A stretch of DNA of 64,000 bases from a virus (Duplodnaviria > Caudoviricetes). The stretch lies in IMG/VR virus record IMGVR_UViG_3300011832_000001, positions 1 to 64,000 of that record. One strand, given 5' to 3'. A program made the translations under genes and the position numbers. Under the pieces are notes generated by a model. It made no database searches. It had not been told where the DNA came from and saw nothing but the letters and a program-made list of their open reading frames with translations. Of the stretch, positions 1-8,583 are shown in pieces (position 1 is the stretch's first letter; every line of letters starts with the position of its first letter).

Positions 1-801
1 ACTGAGGAAGGAGAAATTTCTTACAGCAGTATGTTTGACCGAAAATCAGATGGCAAAGCTCATCAATATATTTGTGTCGATTGCTACAACGAATTAGTCG
101 AACAAGAAGAGAATGAAGAGATTGAGCGTGAAGAGTGGGAATATGAGATGGAGCAAGTTAAAGAAGATTCTAAATATCTAGATATGATGCAAAATAAGAA
201 AATATTCAAAACATATGATGAGATGCAGAATGTCTATGATGAAGAGATGCAATACTTTGTCAGTCGCTACTATCCTGAACATGAAGCTCGTGCTCACAAT
301 GACCGTTGGATTGAACCTGCAAGATGGGAAACTGTAAGAGTTGACAAATATGAATATGAGCACTTCAATGATTACACTTATAAGCAGAAACAGTCTCACA
401 CTGAAAAGAAACGTATTCACGTTCCTTATGATAAGTTTGTTGAACGTTGGGAAAGTAAAGTATTTTATGATTTGCATACAGCAGAGTCTCGTCCGAATCT
501 AAAAAACGTAACAGATGCCTTGTTTGGGTTGAAACAATACTTCTACATTCTTAAAGTTCGTATCAATGGTCTGCTTGGTAGTGACATCGACTCACGAATT
601 AAGAAACAGACAACAGAAGCAACAATTAATATCATTCTTGAAAAAATTGATGAACTAGAGAAAAAACAAGTTGCCCTATTACAAGACTTTGATAAGAAAT
701 CGAAGAAGAAAGATGAGATTGAAGCAGAAAAGGCTGAGAAAGAGCGATTGGAAGAAATTGCTAAATTGGAAGAACGCCTAAAACAATTAAAGGGAGAATG
801 A
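1..801 (+). CDS. Hypothetical phage protein with CxxC and coiled-coil C-terminus, probably 5'-truncated by the window edge
   Basis: Frame is open from base 1 (track start ATG 31); lone CVDC near the N-terminus suggests its partner CxxC lies upstream; ATGA overlap with next gene. Confidence 0.75.
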   Translation, partial: TEEGEISYSSMFDRKSDGKAHQYICVDCYNELVEQEENEEIEREEWEYEMEQVKEDSKYLDMMQNKKIFKTYDEMQNVYDEEMQYFVSRYYPEHEARAHNDRWIEPARWETVRVDKYEYEHFNDYTYKQKQSHTEKKRIHVPYDKFVERWESKVFYDLHTAESRPNLKNVTDALFGLKQYFYILKVRINGLLGSDIDSRIKKQTTEATINIILEKIDELEKKQVALLQDFDKKSKKKDEIEAEKAEKERLEEIAKLEERLKQLKGE

Positions 802-1328
802 TTATGACGAAAGAGCAATTGAAAGAAGCGTTAATTGGTTCGATTTCCAACAAAGGAGTTTTGAAATTAGCAAGTCATGTATTTACTAGAATTGGTGATG
901 ATGTTATTGTTTTGAAAAGCAAATACACCAAAGAACAACAAGAAAATTTGAATCTTTCCTTATCTCATGTATTGTCTAGTTGTCCATCCACTTATGAAAT
1001 TCAAACTAAATGTGCAAATAGAGTTGTATTTATTGATGAGTCTATATTTAATGATATTGCTCAAATTGCCATCAACGAATATAAAGCAATGACTAAAGAT
1101 GTTGATAATATGGATTTCATAGGCTCATTCTCTGCTGAGGGGAAATCTAAATTTATTGTCGCAACAATCGAAGATAAAGAGAATGAAATGAAAGATAAGA
1201 TTGCACATAATTCAAAAACAATTGAGATTTCTAAGAAATTGATTCAGAAATTGGAGCGAGAGAATCAGTTGCTTCATGGTCAATTAGGTGGATTGAAACA
1301 AACTAAAAAAGTATTTGGAGGAGAGTAA
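798..1328 (+). CDS. Hypothetical protein with coiled-coil C-terminus
   Basis: 176-aa ORF with AAGGGAG RBS, coupled to upstream stop. Confidence 0.8.
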   Translation: MIMTKEQLKEALIGSISNKGVLKLASHVFTRIGDDVIVLKSKYTKEQQENLNLSLSHVLSSCPSTYEIQTKCANRVVFIDESIFNDIAQIAINEYKAMTKDVDNMDFIGSFSAEGKSKFIVATIEDKENEMKDKIAHNSKTIEISKKLIQKLERENQLLHGQLGGLKQTKKVFGGE

Positions 1329-1332
1329 TCAA

Positions 1333-1410
1333 ATGAAAAAATTACTATATTTATTATTAGGTTTTTTTATCCCTCTAATCATACTCCTTATAATAGAATT
1401 ATGTACATGA
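1333..1410 (+). CDS. 25-aa single-TM hydrophobic peptide (not in ORF track)
   Basis: GGAGGAG RBS, then MKKLLYLLLGFFIPLIILLIIELCT*, followed by a terminator. Confidence 0.6.
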   Translation: MKKLLYLLLGFFIPLIILLIIELCT

Positions 1411-1422
1411 ACAATTAAAATT

Positions 1423-1446
1423 AATCCTCAGAAATGAGGATTTTTT
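1423..1446 (+). terminator. Intrinsic terminator
   Basis: AATCCTCA-GAAA-TGAGGATT stem with T tract. Confidence 0.85.
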
Positions 1447-1447
1447 G

Positions 1448-1476
1448 TTGACTTTGAATACAGATGATGATATACT
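1448..1476 (+). promoter_or_regulatory. Sigma-A type promoter
   Basis: TTGACT-17 bp-TATACT with extended TG. Confidence 0.8.
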
Positions 1477-1503
1477 TAAAGTAACAAAAGAGGAGGTAAA
1501 GAT

Positions 1504-1701
1504 ATGGAAAACATAAAGATGATTGAATACACCTACAGAATTGGTGGACACGAAGAAGAAATGATAGCTATGTATGATGGTGATAAAGTTCCTCTTGACT
1601 TAGTTCATCAAATGATTAAGTACAATATGACCTATCACTCTCATGTTATCTTTTGTACAAAGGAGCAATATCTCAATGTTTTTGAAAGCATGATAAAATA
1701 A
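1504..1701 (+). CDS. Hypothetical early protein
   Basis: GAGGAGG RBS; own promoter. Confidence 0.8.
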   Translation: MENIKMIEYTYRIGGHEEEMIAMYDGDKVPLDLVHQMIKYNMTYHSHVIFCTKEQYLNVFESMIK

Positions 1702-1714
1702 GGAGGTTATCAAA

Positions 1715-2134
1715 ATGACTACAAGACGTTATAAAAAATTTGGTAAATCTGAATTCGAATATGAGTTGCGTGGCATTCTAATCAGAAACAAACTTGGATA
1801 CCTTAAAGATATTACAGATGAGTATCGCAAAGAAAAACCTACTTGGGAACGTATCTATGCAATCTCTACAAAGAATAGAGCAGTTCGCATCTTAGTATTC
1901 TCTAGCGTTGATATTCGCACAGGCTTTGTACGTGAGCATGGTGACGATGCAGTACGTCTTGTAATGGAATGGTCTACACGAAATGGAAAGGTTTATAAGC
2001 GCATCTCTAAGCATCTTAGAATCAATACTCTATTCTCTAACTTTGAGAAATCAATCATCAAAGTACAAGATGAAATATTTAATTTAAAATATAATGAATT
2101 TAAAGCTTGCAATGATGCTCAAGAAGTGTTATAA
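1715..2134 (+). CDS. Hypothetical basic early protein
   Basis: AAGGAGG RBS; 139 aa. Confidence 0.85.
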   Translation: MTTRRYKKFGKSEFEYELRGILIRNKLGYLKDITDEYRKEKPTWERIYAISTKNRAVRILVFSSVDIRTGFVREHGDDAVRLVMEWSTRNGKVYKRISKHLRINTLFSNFEKSIIKVQDEIFNLKYNEFKACNDAQEVL

Positions 2135-2135
2135 T
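2107..2135 (+). promoter_or_regulatory. Sigma-A type promoter overlapping the end of the upstream gene
   Basis: TTGCAA-17 bp-TATAAT with extended TG. Confidence 0.7.
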
Positions 2136-2161
2136 TGAATTAACAAAAGGAGGAGATTAAA

Positions 2162-2356
2162 ATGAACATGGATAACCTAAGTATGGATGACCGACAGTAT
2201 GTAAGGTTAAAGGTTTATTGGGCAGAGAACAGAAATGAATGTTATGTAAATGAAGACTTTGTTGACATTGTATTGGAAGAATTGTCAGACAGAGGTTTGA
2301 ATTTTGTAGTTAAAGAGAACACATTTGGTATGGTATATATCAGACGAGTAAAATAA
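2162..2356 (+). CDS. Hypothetical early protein
   Basis: AAAGGAGG RBS; 64 aa. Confidence 0.8.
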   Translation: MNMDNLSMDDRQYVRLKVYWAENRNECYVNEDFVDIVLEELSDRGLNFVVKENTFGMVYIRRVK

Positions 2357-2374
2357 TAAAAGGAGGAGATTCAA

Positions 2375-2668
2375 ATGTTAAAAACAAAATTCACTCGCAT
2401 TAAGAAATGGGCAGAAGAAAACGATTATCCAATCATCGAATCAGAGGAGCTTCAAACACTAAAGGTTGTTACGGAAAAAGTTCAATTCGATATTAGTAAT
2501 CGAGAAAGCTCAATCTACCATAGTGTCAAAGGTTTGAAAGGAGACCGAGCAGGACTGTATATGTCAATTAGACACAAAGCTCAAACATACTCATCAGTAT
2601 ATTGCTTCTACTACAGCCAAAAAGAAATCATCGAAACAATGGAAGAAACATTGAAATATATGAAATAA
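2375..2668 (+). CDS. Hypothetical early protein, paralog of 2732..3025
   Basis: Shared motifs KFTxIxKWAE, ISxRESS, GxRxGLY, QKxIIxTM. Confidence 0.85.
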   Translation: MLKTKFTRIKKWAEENDYPIIESEELQTLKVVTEKVQFDISNRESSIYHSVKGLKGDRAGLYMSIRHKAQTYSSVYCFYYSQKEIIETMEETLKYMK

Positions 2669-2672
2669 ATTG

Positions 2673-2701
2673 TTGACATTTGAATGAATCTGTTATATAA
2701 T
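2673..2701 (+). promoter_or_regulatory. Sigma-A consensus promoter
   Basis: TTGACA-17 bp-TATAAT. Confidence 0.85.
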
Positions 2702-2731
2702 TAAATTAACAAATAAGAGGAGTGATTAACA

Positions 2732-3025
2732 ATGGGTAAAAAATTCACAAAGATTCGCAAATGGGCAGAACAGGAAGGAATTACTTTGGTTGATACGTCA
2801 GAAAATTCAATTCAAGTTCGATATGCAGAAGACCTCTGCTTTAAGATTTCTCATCGTGAGAGTTCAGCGTTTATGAGTATTCATGGATGGGCAGGAGAAC
2901 GAGGGGGATTGTATTTAGGATTTAACACATCACGATTCTTTTCTCCTACATGGTATCCAACTCAAAAAGATATTATCGCTACAATGAAACGTAAAATTGA
3001 ACAACACAAGGAGAATACAAAATGA
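2732..3025 (+). CDS. Hypothetical early protein, paralog of 2375..2668
   Basis: Same length (97 aa) and shared motifs; GAGGAG RBS. Confidence 0.85.
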   Translation: MGKKFTKIRKWAEQEGITLVDTSENSIQVRYAEDLCFKISHRESSAFMSIHGWAGERGGLYLGFNTSRFFSPTWYPTQKDIIATMKRKIEQHKENTK

Positions 3026-3264
3026 AAAAATCTGAATTTATCATAGGTATTACCATTGGAATACTTTTACTAATTGTCCTTATGGGTATTCAACTTGAAG
3101 GTAAGGAGTCTGAATTTAAGTGTGATGTTTTTACAGCAACAGTAAATAATTCAAATCAGCAAACATCAAAAGTAACAATTAAGGACGAGCGATTCATTGA
3201 TGGCACAGAAGTTGAAGTTCAAATTTGCGGAGAAAATTATCAAGTAAAACCTGTTGACAAGTGA
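3022..3264 (+). CDS. Small membrane-anchored protein
   Basis: N-terminal hydrophobic helix FIIGITIGILLLIVLMGI; AAGGAG RBS. Confidence 0.75.
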   Translation: MKKSEFIIGITIGILLLIVLMGIQLEGKESEFKCDVFTATVNNSNQQTSKVTIKDERFIDGTEVEVQICGENYQVKPVDK

Positions 3265-3282
3265 ATCGATACATGATATACT
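3254..3282 (+). promoter_or_regulatory. Sigma-A type promoter
   Basis: TTGACA-17 bp-TATACT with extended TG. Confidence 0.8.
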
Positions 3283-3314
3283 TTAGTTAATCCAAAAGGA
3301 AAGGGAGTTTTAAA

Positions 3315-3866
3315 ATGGTCTCTAAATCAACCGTAGTACAGTGGTACGAAAAGATTAACAGTCTAGCAATGCACACTGACAACCCCGAAGCTTTCCTTGA
3401 GAAAGACATCTATGAATTTGAAGAAACGTTCTTTAAGAATGAGGAGCGACAAGCAATAATGATTGATATGTATGGTGCATTGGTTCGCAGAGTATATCGA
3501 AATATTGGAAAATCCCTAGATGATGAAACTAGTCCTGTAGGTCGTAGCGTAAAAGAAGCGATGTTCCAACAAGCTAAGAAAGATGGTTGGGAAAAAGCCA
3601 AATCTCATATCGACTATGGTCAATATACACGTTACGTTTTCGTTGAAATTACAGGTGTCAAGATTGTCGATGCTATTAAAAATGGAGAAATTGAAAAGCT
3701 CAAGAAGGAGGATACTAAGATGGATAAAATCGTAACCGACTACTCGAAAGCAGAAGAGCCTATTGAGTTGACACGAGAGAACCTAAAAGACCTCATTGAC
3801 TTGGCGCTACAGACAGGAGATAAAAAATGGTTTGAGGAACTTCAATCTAAGATGAAAGCTATCTAA
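3315..3866 (+). CDS. Protein with C-terminal IDEAL domain
   Basis: C-terminus LKDLIDLALQTGDKKWFEEL matches the IDEAL pattern. Confidence 0.8.
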   Translation: MVSKSTVVQWYEKINSLAMHTDNPEAFLEKDIYEFEETFFKNEERQAIMIDMYGALVRRVYRNIGKSLDDETSPVGRSVKEAMFQQAKKDGWEKAKSHIDYGQYTRYVFVEITGVKIVDAIKNGEIEKLKKEDTKMDKIVTDYSKAEEPIELTRENLKDLIDLALQTGDKKWFEELQSKMKAI

Positions 3867-3875
3867 AAATAATTT

Positions 3876-3924
3876 GAGAAAGTGAGAAATAGTTCTTGCT
3901 TTCTTCTACATATCATGTTATAAT
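3876..3924 (+). promoter_or_regulatory. Hairpin overlapping a sigma-A promoter
   Basis: GAGAAAGTGAGAA/TTCTTGCTTTCTT stem; TTGCTT (3896)-17 bp-TATAAT (3919) with TG. Confidence 0.65.
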
Positions 3925-3954
3925 TAACTTAACAAATAAAAGGAGGAAATTAAA

Positions 3955-4284
3955 ATGACACCTATCAACATTCAGATTTCTCAATTGATTCAATTTATTA
4001 ATGAGATTGATATGTTGGCAACGAACATGAAAATGGCGGATGAGGTTATTGTACATCGATTAAACTCTACCTTAGATGATATTATGGATGATTTTAAAAA
4101 CGGATATATTGAATTAGAGGTTTTCGGATTCCTACTATCTGTTTATGGAGATGTTAAAATGCACTCAAATGTTATGAAACTATGTCAAGTTGAAGGTCGT
4201 TCAATTTCTGAGTGGGATAATTCAATCAATCAAATGAAATCAAAATTAAATTTAATGATTATGAAATTGGAAGGAAAATTTTAA
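3955..4284 (+). CDS. Hypothetical early protein
   Basis: AAAGGAGG RBS; 109 aa. Confidence 0.8.
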   Translation: MTPINIQISQLIQFINEIDMLATNMKMADEVIVHRLNSTLDDIMDDFKNGYIELEVFGFLLSVYGDVKMHSNVMKLCQVEGRSISEWDNSINQMKSKLNLMIMKLEGKF

Positions 4285-4291
4285 TAAATAG

Positions 4292-4320
4292 TTGACATTG
4301 CTTTTAACCTATGATATAAT
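4292..4320 (+). promoter_or_regulatory. Sigma-A consensus promoter
   Basis: TTGACA-17 bp-TATAAT with extended TG. Confidence 0.9.
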
Positions 4321-4351
4321 TAAGTTAACAAGTTAAGGGAGATGACATTAT

Positions 4352-4858
4352 ATGAAAACTATCCAACAGTGGGAAAAAGAACTTACAAGTTACGCAAAGA
4401 AATGGGTCAAAGAGGAATTTGGAATTGAGTTCACATTACCTGTAAAATCAAATGGTCGCTTGAAATCTACATTAGGTGTCTATACTCATTCGGGTAAAAC
4501 TCCCGTTCGTGTCAACATTGCAAAGGGTCTTATTGAATCAGGTCGTGATGCTGATGTGTATGATGTTTTGAGACATGAGCTTATTCACTACTCTTTACAT
4601 CAACTAGGATTGCCACATCGTGATGAAGACAAAGAGTTCATTGAAGCTTGTACTAAGCGTGGTGTAGGATTAACACGAACACTTGAAGGCTTCCACGACA
4701 AACACGTATACACTTGTAAGTGTGGTCTTCAAAAAGTAAAATACACTCGTCACAACAAAATCAACCCTAAAGAACTTCCAAACTATGTGTTTCCTGAGTG
4801 TGGTCATAAATTGATTTACTTGGGTCGTGAAAGCGACACTGAGGTTAAATTTAAATAA
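4352..4858 (+). CDS. SprT-like zinc metalloprotease
   Basis: NGRLKSTLG, HELIH zinc motif, C-terminal YTCKCG...ECG zinc ribbon. Confidence 0.85.
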   Translation: MKTIQQWEKELTSYAKKWVKEEFGIEFTLPVKSNGRLKSTLGVYTHSGKTPVRVNIAKGLIESGRDADVYDVLRHELIHYSLHQLGLPHRDEDKEFIEACTKRGVGLTRTLEGFHDKHVYTCKCGLQKVKYTRHNKINPKELPNYVFPECGHKLIYLGRESDTEVKFK

Positions 4859-4862
4859 ACAA

Positions 4863-4896
4863 AGGGGTTGCAAAACCCCTCTTTGTATGATATAAT
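4863..4896 (+). promoter_or_regulatory. Terminator hairpin containing the -35 of a sigma-A promoter
   Basis: AGGGGTT-GCAA-AACCCCT stem-loop; TTGCAA (4868)-17 bp-TATAAT (4891). Confidence 0.75.
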
Positions 4897-4924
4897 TGAG
4901 ATAACAAATAAGGAGGTTATTCAT

Positions 4925-5209
4925 ATGAAAACAGCAAAAGAAATCAAAGAACTAACCTTATTCAGTCGATTGAATGAAGATGATATTAGTATGATTAATC
5001 ACATCGAAAAAGACATTGAGGGTGAAGCGATTAGTGGTAATATGAGATGCTTAGTTGAAATCACATATCGAAGAAATCTAACAATAGATGTCGATGGAAT
5101 TAGAGACTATCTTGAATTAAAGGGATATGATGTTGAGCGAGTGATTTCCTACTATCACACAGAACACACGAATAAGCTAAAACTTGATATTTCATGGGTA
5201 GATGCTTGA
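4925..5209 (+). CDS. Hypothetical protein
   Basis: AAGGAGG RBS supports ATG 4925 rather than the track start 4868. Confidence 0.8.
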   Translation: MKTAKEIKELTLFSRLNEDDISMINHIEKDIEGEAISGNMRCLVEITYRRNLTIDVDGIRDYLELKGYDVERVISYYHTEHTNKLKLDISWVDA

Positions 5210-5234
5210 CACATCACAGAATATATGTTATAAT
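5206..5234 (+). promoter_or_regulatory. Sigma-A consensus promoter
   Basis: TTGACA-17 bp-TATAAT with extended TG. Confidence 0.85.
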
Positions 5235-5263
5235 AAGATATAAACAAAAAGGGAGACGATAAC

Positions 5264-6337
5264 ATGAAAACAAAAAAACAACTAACACGCAACCTATTAG
5301 GTCTTTTAAAAATCAATGGTGTGTCGGGAAGTACCTATAATGTACAGACATATGTGCGTGACCGTTTAGAGGTCTTGGATGGTATCAAGGTAGCTACCGA
5401 TGACATCGGTAATGTAGTAGCTATGCTGAGTAATGATGAGCATGGAGAGGGTGTCACACTAGGTCTTAATGCACATATGGATACGGTCTTTGAGTTTGGT
5501 AAGAACCGTAAGATTTTCCGTAGCGTTGAGAAAGGTCAGGACATCTTCTATACAAATGACAAGTGTCTTGGAGCAGATGACCGAGCAGGTCTTGAGATTG
5601 TCCTATCTCTTATGGAAGACTTTGCAGATAAGGATAGTGACTTGCACAAGAATTTCTTTGGTACTTTGATTGCTTGGATTACAGTTGATGAAGAAGTCGG
5701 TTGTGTGGGAGCTAGTCACCTAGCAAAAAACTCTACACTGTTTGCAGAGATGGATATGTCCATCACATTTGACCGCAGAAACACACGAGACATCGTAGTT
5801 CGTAACACATGGCAAGATTTTTGTGACAAGTCATACGGAGATGTATTCGTTAAGGCATCTCATCTATTGGGCATGGACTATAAACCCGTAACAGGTGGCA
5901 TCTCAGATGCTATGGTAAGCTCAGAGAATGCTGTAAACTCAGTTAACTTGTCTGTAGGATATGATAACGAACATAGTTCAAGTGAGACTATTGATTTAAA
6001 TGCATTCCACGACACATATAAATTAGCTCTTAAATTCATGGAGATTATCAACGATGAATCACTTCATGTAAAAGAGTTCACATACAACCCTTATCAATAT
6101 TATTATGATGTGGATGTATCAGGAAACCAATATGAACTTGGTGGGAATGTATCGTATGACTTCTCTATTGATACAGTTAACATCACTCAGAAATATCATG
6201 GAGAAGGTCGAACATATGAAGATAGTGTCTATGTAGATACAGAAGACTTCCTAGAGATTGTCGCAGAGTTCTTGGTTCAGAACCCCTCTGCATATGATGA
6301 ACTACAACGTAAAATCACACAAAAACAAGTATACTAA
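5264..6337 (+). CDS. M20/M28-family zinc peptidase or amidohydrolase
   Basis: Metal-ligand motifs AHMDTV, GADDRAG, DEEVG, DRR and EH. Confidence 0.85.
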   Translation: MKTKKQLTRNLLGLLKINGVSGSTYNVQTYVRDRLEVLDGIKVATDDIGNVVAMLSNDEHGEGVTLGLNAHMDTVFEFGKNRKIFRSVEKGQDIFYTNDKCLGADDRAGLEIVLSLMEDFADKDSDLHKNFFGTLIAWITVDEEVGCVGASHLAKNSTLFAEMDMSITFDRRNTRDIVVRNTWQDFCDKSYGDVFVKASHLLGMDYKPVTGGISDAMVSSENAVNSVNLSVGYDNEHSSSETIDLNAFHDTYKLALKFMEIINDESLHVKEFTYNPYQYYYDVDVSGNQYELGGNVSYDFSIDTVNITQKYHGEGRTYEDSVYVDTEDFLEIVAEFLVQNPSAYDELQRKITQKQVY

Positions 6338-6351
6338 GAGGAGATGTTTAA

Positions 6352-7764
6352 ATGGGTATTCAACAAGTGTTAAATCTAAAAGAAAAGACTGTTAACTTCA
6401 CAAAAGTTGGCAGTCGTATTCGTAACAATTTTACTATGGCTAAAAAGATGATTCGAAAATCACCTGTCCTATCTGAAATGGATTTGAATATCCATCAATT
6501 CTATGCGGAGCGAAAAGACCGTTCGATTGAGGGAACATATGAGTTCGATATTGATATTAATGAATCGGTTGCTCAAGACTTTCTAAATTGGTTACTTGGG
6601 ACATACGACTTTCGATATACAGATAAATTTTATCGTCCTTCATTGCAAGAGTTGATTGACCGTAAGACTGTAGATGGAAAGCGTTTGGCACGTCTATGGC
6701 GCTCACAAGGTATGCATCAAATGTATCTTGACCGATATTCAGCTTTGAATTTTACAGGCGAGGAAACTAAAATTTACCTCACAGTGACATCAGCTCCTCA
6801 CACGGTCATGGGTGTGAGTGCATTTGGTAGCGGTTGGGGAGGATATAACGGAACATCATGCCTAGATTTCCGATTCCGAGAGCCTAATCAGAAACACCTA
6901 TTAGGACTTCTCTCATCAGACCGTGTTTACGTGGCTTTCCTTCATGAAGGTAAGGATGACTTCCGTAACATCAAAGACCCTACAAAGCATTCTAAGGCTA
7001 TTGGACGTGCGACATTGATTATGGATGATAAAGGTAATCTTCACGCTAACTCGAAGATGTATTTCAATAGTAACACCACACGAGATATTTTGCGAAGTGT
7101 CTTATCTGAGTTTTGTGGTAAGGATATTGTAGATAAAGAAATTGTTGGGGAAATCTATGATTACTATGATGACCTAGATGATTACCTAGCTTGGGAAGAA
7201 ATCATGGATGATAAAGGTATCGACTATATCAAGATGGACTCTAAAATGACCCCTGTTGCTTTCAAGACTGATTTTGAGGTCTCACTATCCCTAAAGGCTA
7301 AAGTGCCTAAAAACAGCATTACAGCGATTCAGAATGGAGATGGAGACTTTGCAGGTTATCTGATTAATGAAAAAGACTTCCTAGATAACATCGATTGTAG
7401 TATCGGGGATAACATCTTGGACTCAGCTTGGATTTTCAAAATCAACAAAGAGAATGAGTCGATTAAAGATTTGCTTAAAAATCCATTGAAAACTATTAAG
7501 GTAAATCAGGTGAGCACAAGTGACTATGGGGATTATAAGTATACTTCCGTATATGATTTTGATGCATCTGAATGCAATTTCGATGAACCTAAAATCTTTA
7601 TTTCAGAGCGTTCTCTAATGACCGCTTATGAGTCAAGTGATGACTATATCAAATTCGAGTATCATGGTTTCATAGATGTTGATTGTGAGATTGAGCAACA
7701 AGCAGAAATTTACTCTGAGGGTTCGTTCCTATCCATCGATGGATTCTTCTATGTGATGGTCTGA
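6352..7764 (+). CDS. Large hypothetical protein co-transcribed with the peptidase
   Basis: 470 aa; GAGGAG RBS; GWGGYNGTSC motif. Confidence 0.85.
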   Translation: MGIQQVLNLKEKTVNFTKVGSRIRNNFTMAKKMIRKSPVLSEMDLNIHQFYAERKDRSIEGTYEFDIDINESVAQDFLNWLLGTYDFRYTDKFYRPSLQELIDRKTVDGKRLARLWRSQGMHQMYLDRYSALNFTGEETKIYLTVTSAPHTVMGVSAFGSGWGGYNGTSCLDFRFREPNQKHLLGLLSSDRVYVAFLHEGKDDFRNIKDPTKHSKAIGRATLIMDDKGNLHANSKMYFNSNTTRDILRSVLSEFCGKDIVDKEIVGEIYDYYDDLDDYLAWEEIMDDKGIDYIKMDSKMTPVAFKTDFEVSLSLKAKVPKNSITAIQNGDGDFAGYLINEKDFLDNIDCSIGDNILDSAWIFKINKENESIKDLLKNPLKTIKVNQVSTSDYGDYKYTSVYDFDASECNFDEPKIFISERSLMTAYESSDDYIKFEYHGFIDVDCEIEQQAEIYSEGSFLSIDGFFYVMV

Positions 7765-7782
7765 GTTTAAATTACTATATTA

Positions 7783-7854
7783 ACAGCGACCTCTAAAAAC
7801 TTCGGGGAATTTTCCTTTACAGCGACACATAAAAACTTCGGTGACTTTCGGAAA
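7783..7854. repeat. Imperfect tandem direct repeat, 2 x 36 bp
   Basis: ACAGCGAC-nnn-TAAAAACTTCGG-n-GA-n-TTT at 7783 and 7819. Confidence 0.85.
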
Positions 7855-7867
7855 GGGGAGATTTAAA

Positions 7868-8290
7868 ATGATTACAACATTTCAATTTATTCTGTTTTCT
7901 ATTTTTGTCTCTCTCTTTGCTTATTATAGATACATTAAGCATAAAGGAGAGAAGCTTGTATGGACTGAACAACTATCATTATTGGAGACAGACCATAGAC
8001 AATTGACTATGAGTAGTTTTGGTGAGAATCCCGATGCTAAAAATAGTAATGCTCACTATATCAGAAATGGAAATAAAGTTCCTATGGGAGAAGGATTAAC
8101 AACTTATCCTAGTACAATGGGAGTCGGTAAATCATTTATTCACATCAGACAATTACAAAATAAAGATGGTAGCTTGACACCTATGGGTAAAAATTTTGCA
8201 GGTGCGACAGCTCCTACTAGATATTATTACAAGGATTACACAAGCGGAGAAACTGTTTGGCGTAGTAGTTTTGAAAGAGAAGGTGAGTAA
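7868..8290 (+). CDS. Membrane-anchored hypothetical protein
   Basis: AAGGGGAG RBS supports ATG 7868; N-terminal TM helix. Confidence 0.75.
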   Translation: MITTFQFILFSIFVSLFAYYRYIKHKGEKLVWTEQLSLLETDHRQLTMSSFGENPDAKNSNAHYIRNGNKVPMGEGLTTYPSTMGVGKSFIHIRQLQNKDGSLTPMGKNFAGATAPTRYYYKDYTSGETVWRSSFEREGE

Positions 8291-8292
8291 AT

Positions 8293-8583
8293 ATAAATAT
8301 AGATAAATTTATAAGTGTATTTGATGAAGTCTTAGGATTATCAGTCATCAATGTTGAAATAGATTTGAATGGTGGAACTCAAACCGTTGAGATTTATTTA
8401 GATGATGATTATTTGATTAAGATTGATTCATATACAAATCCAATTTTAGGGGTTAATGGAATTGTTAAAACAGACGTTAGTCTGTATAAAAAAGTAGGGC
8501 TGTATAATTCATACTCTCTAATCAAGAAGTATGATGATTCAGATTTTGAAGAAGGAGAAGATGTAAATGGAATTGACGAGTGA
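8293..8583 (+). CDS. Hypothetical protein, probable ATA start (track start TTG 8365)
   Basis: Frame open from 8287; AAGGTGA RBS 6 nt before ATA 8293. Confidence 0.6.
   Translation: MNIDKFISVFDEVLGLSVINVEIDLNGGTQTVEIYLDDDYLIKIDSYTNPILGVNGIVKTDVSLYKKVGLYNSYSLIKKYDDSDFEEGEDVNGIDE

Noticed and set aside
7783-7854. Mini-CRISPR array
   Set aside because: Only two adjacent degenerate copies with no spacer-length unique sequence between them, and no cas genes in the window.
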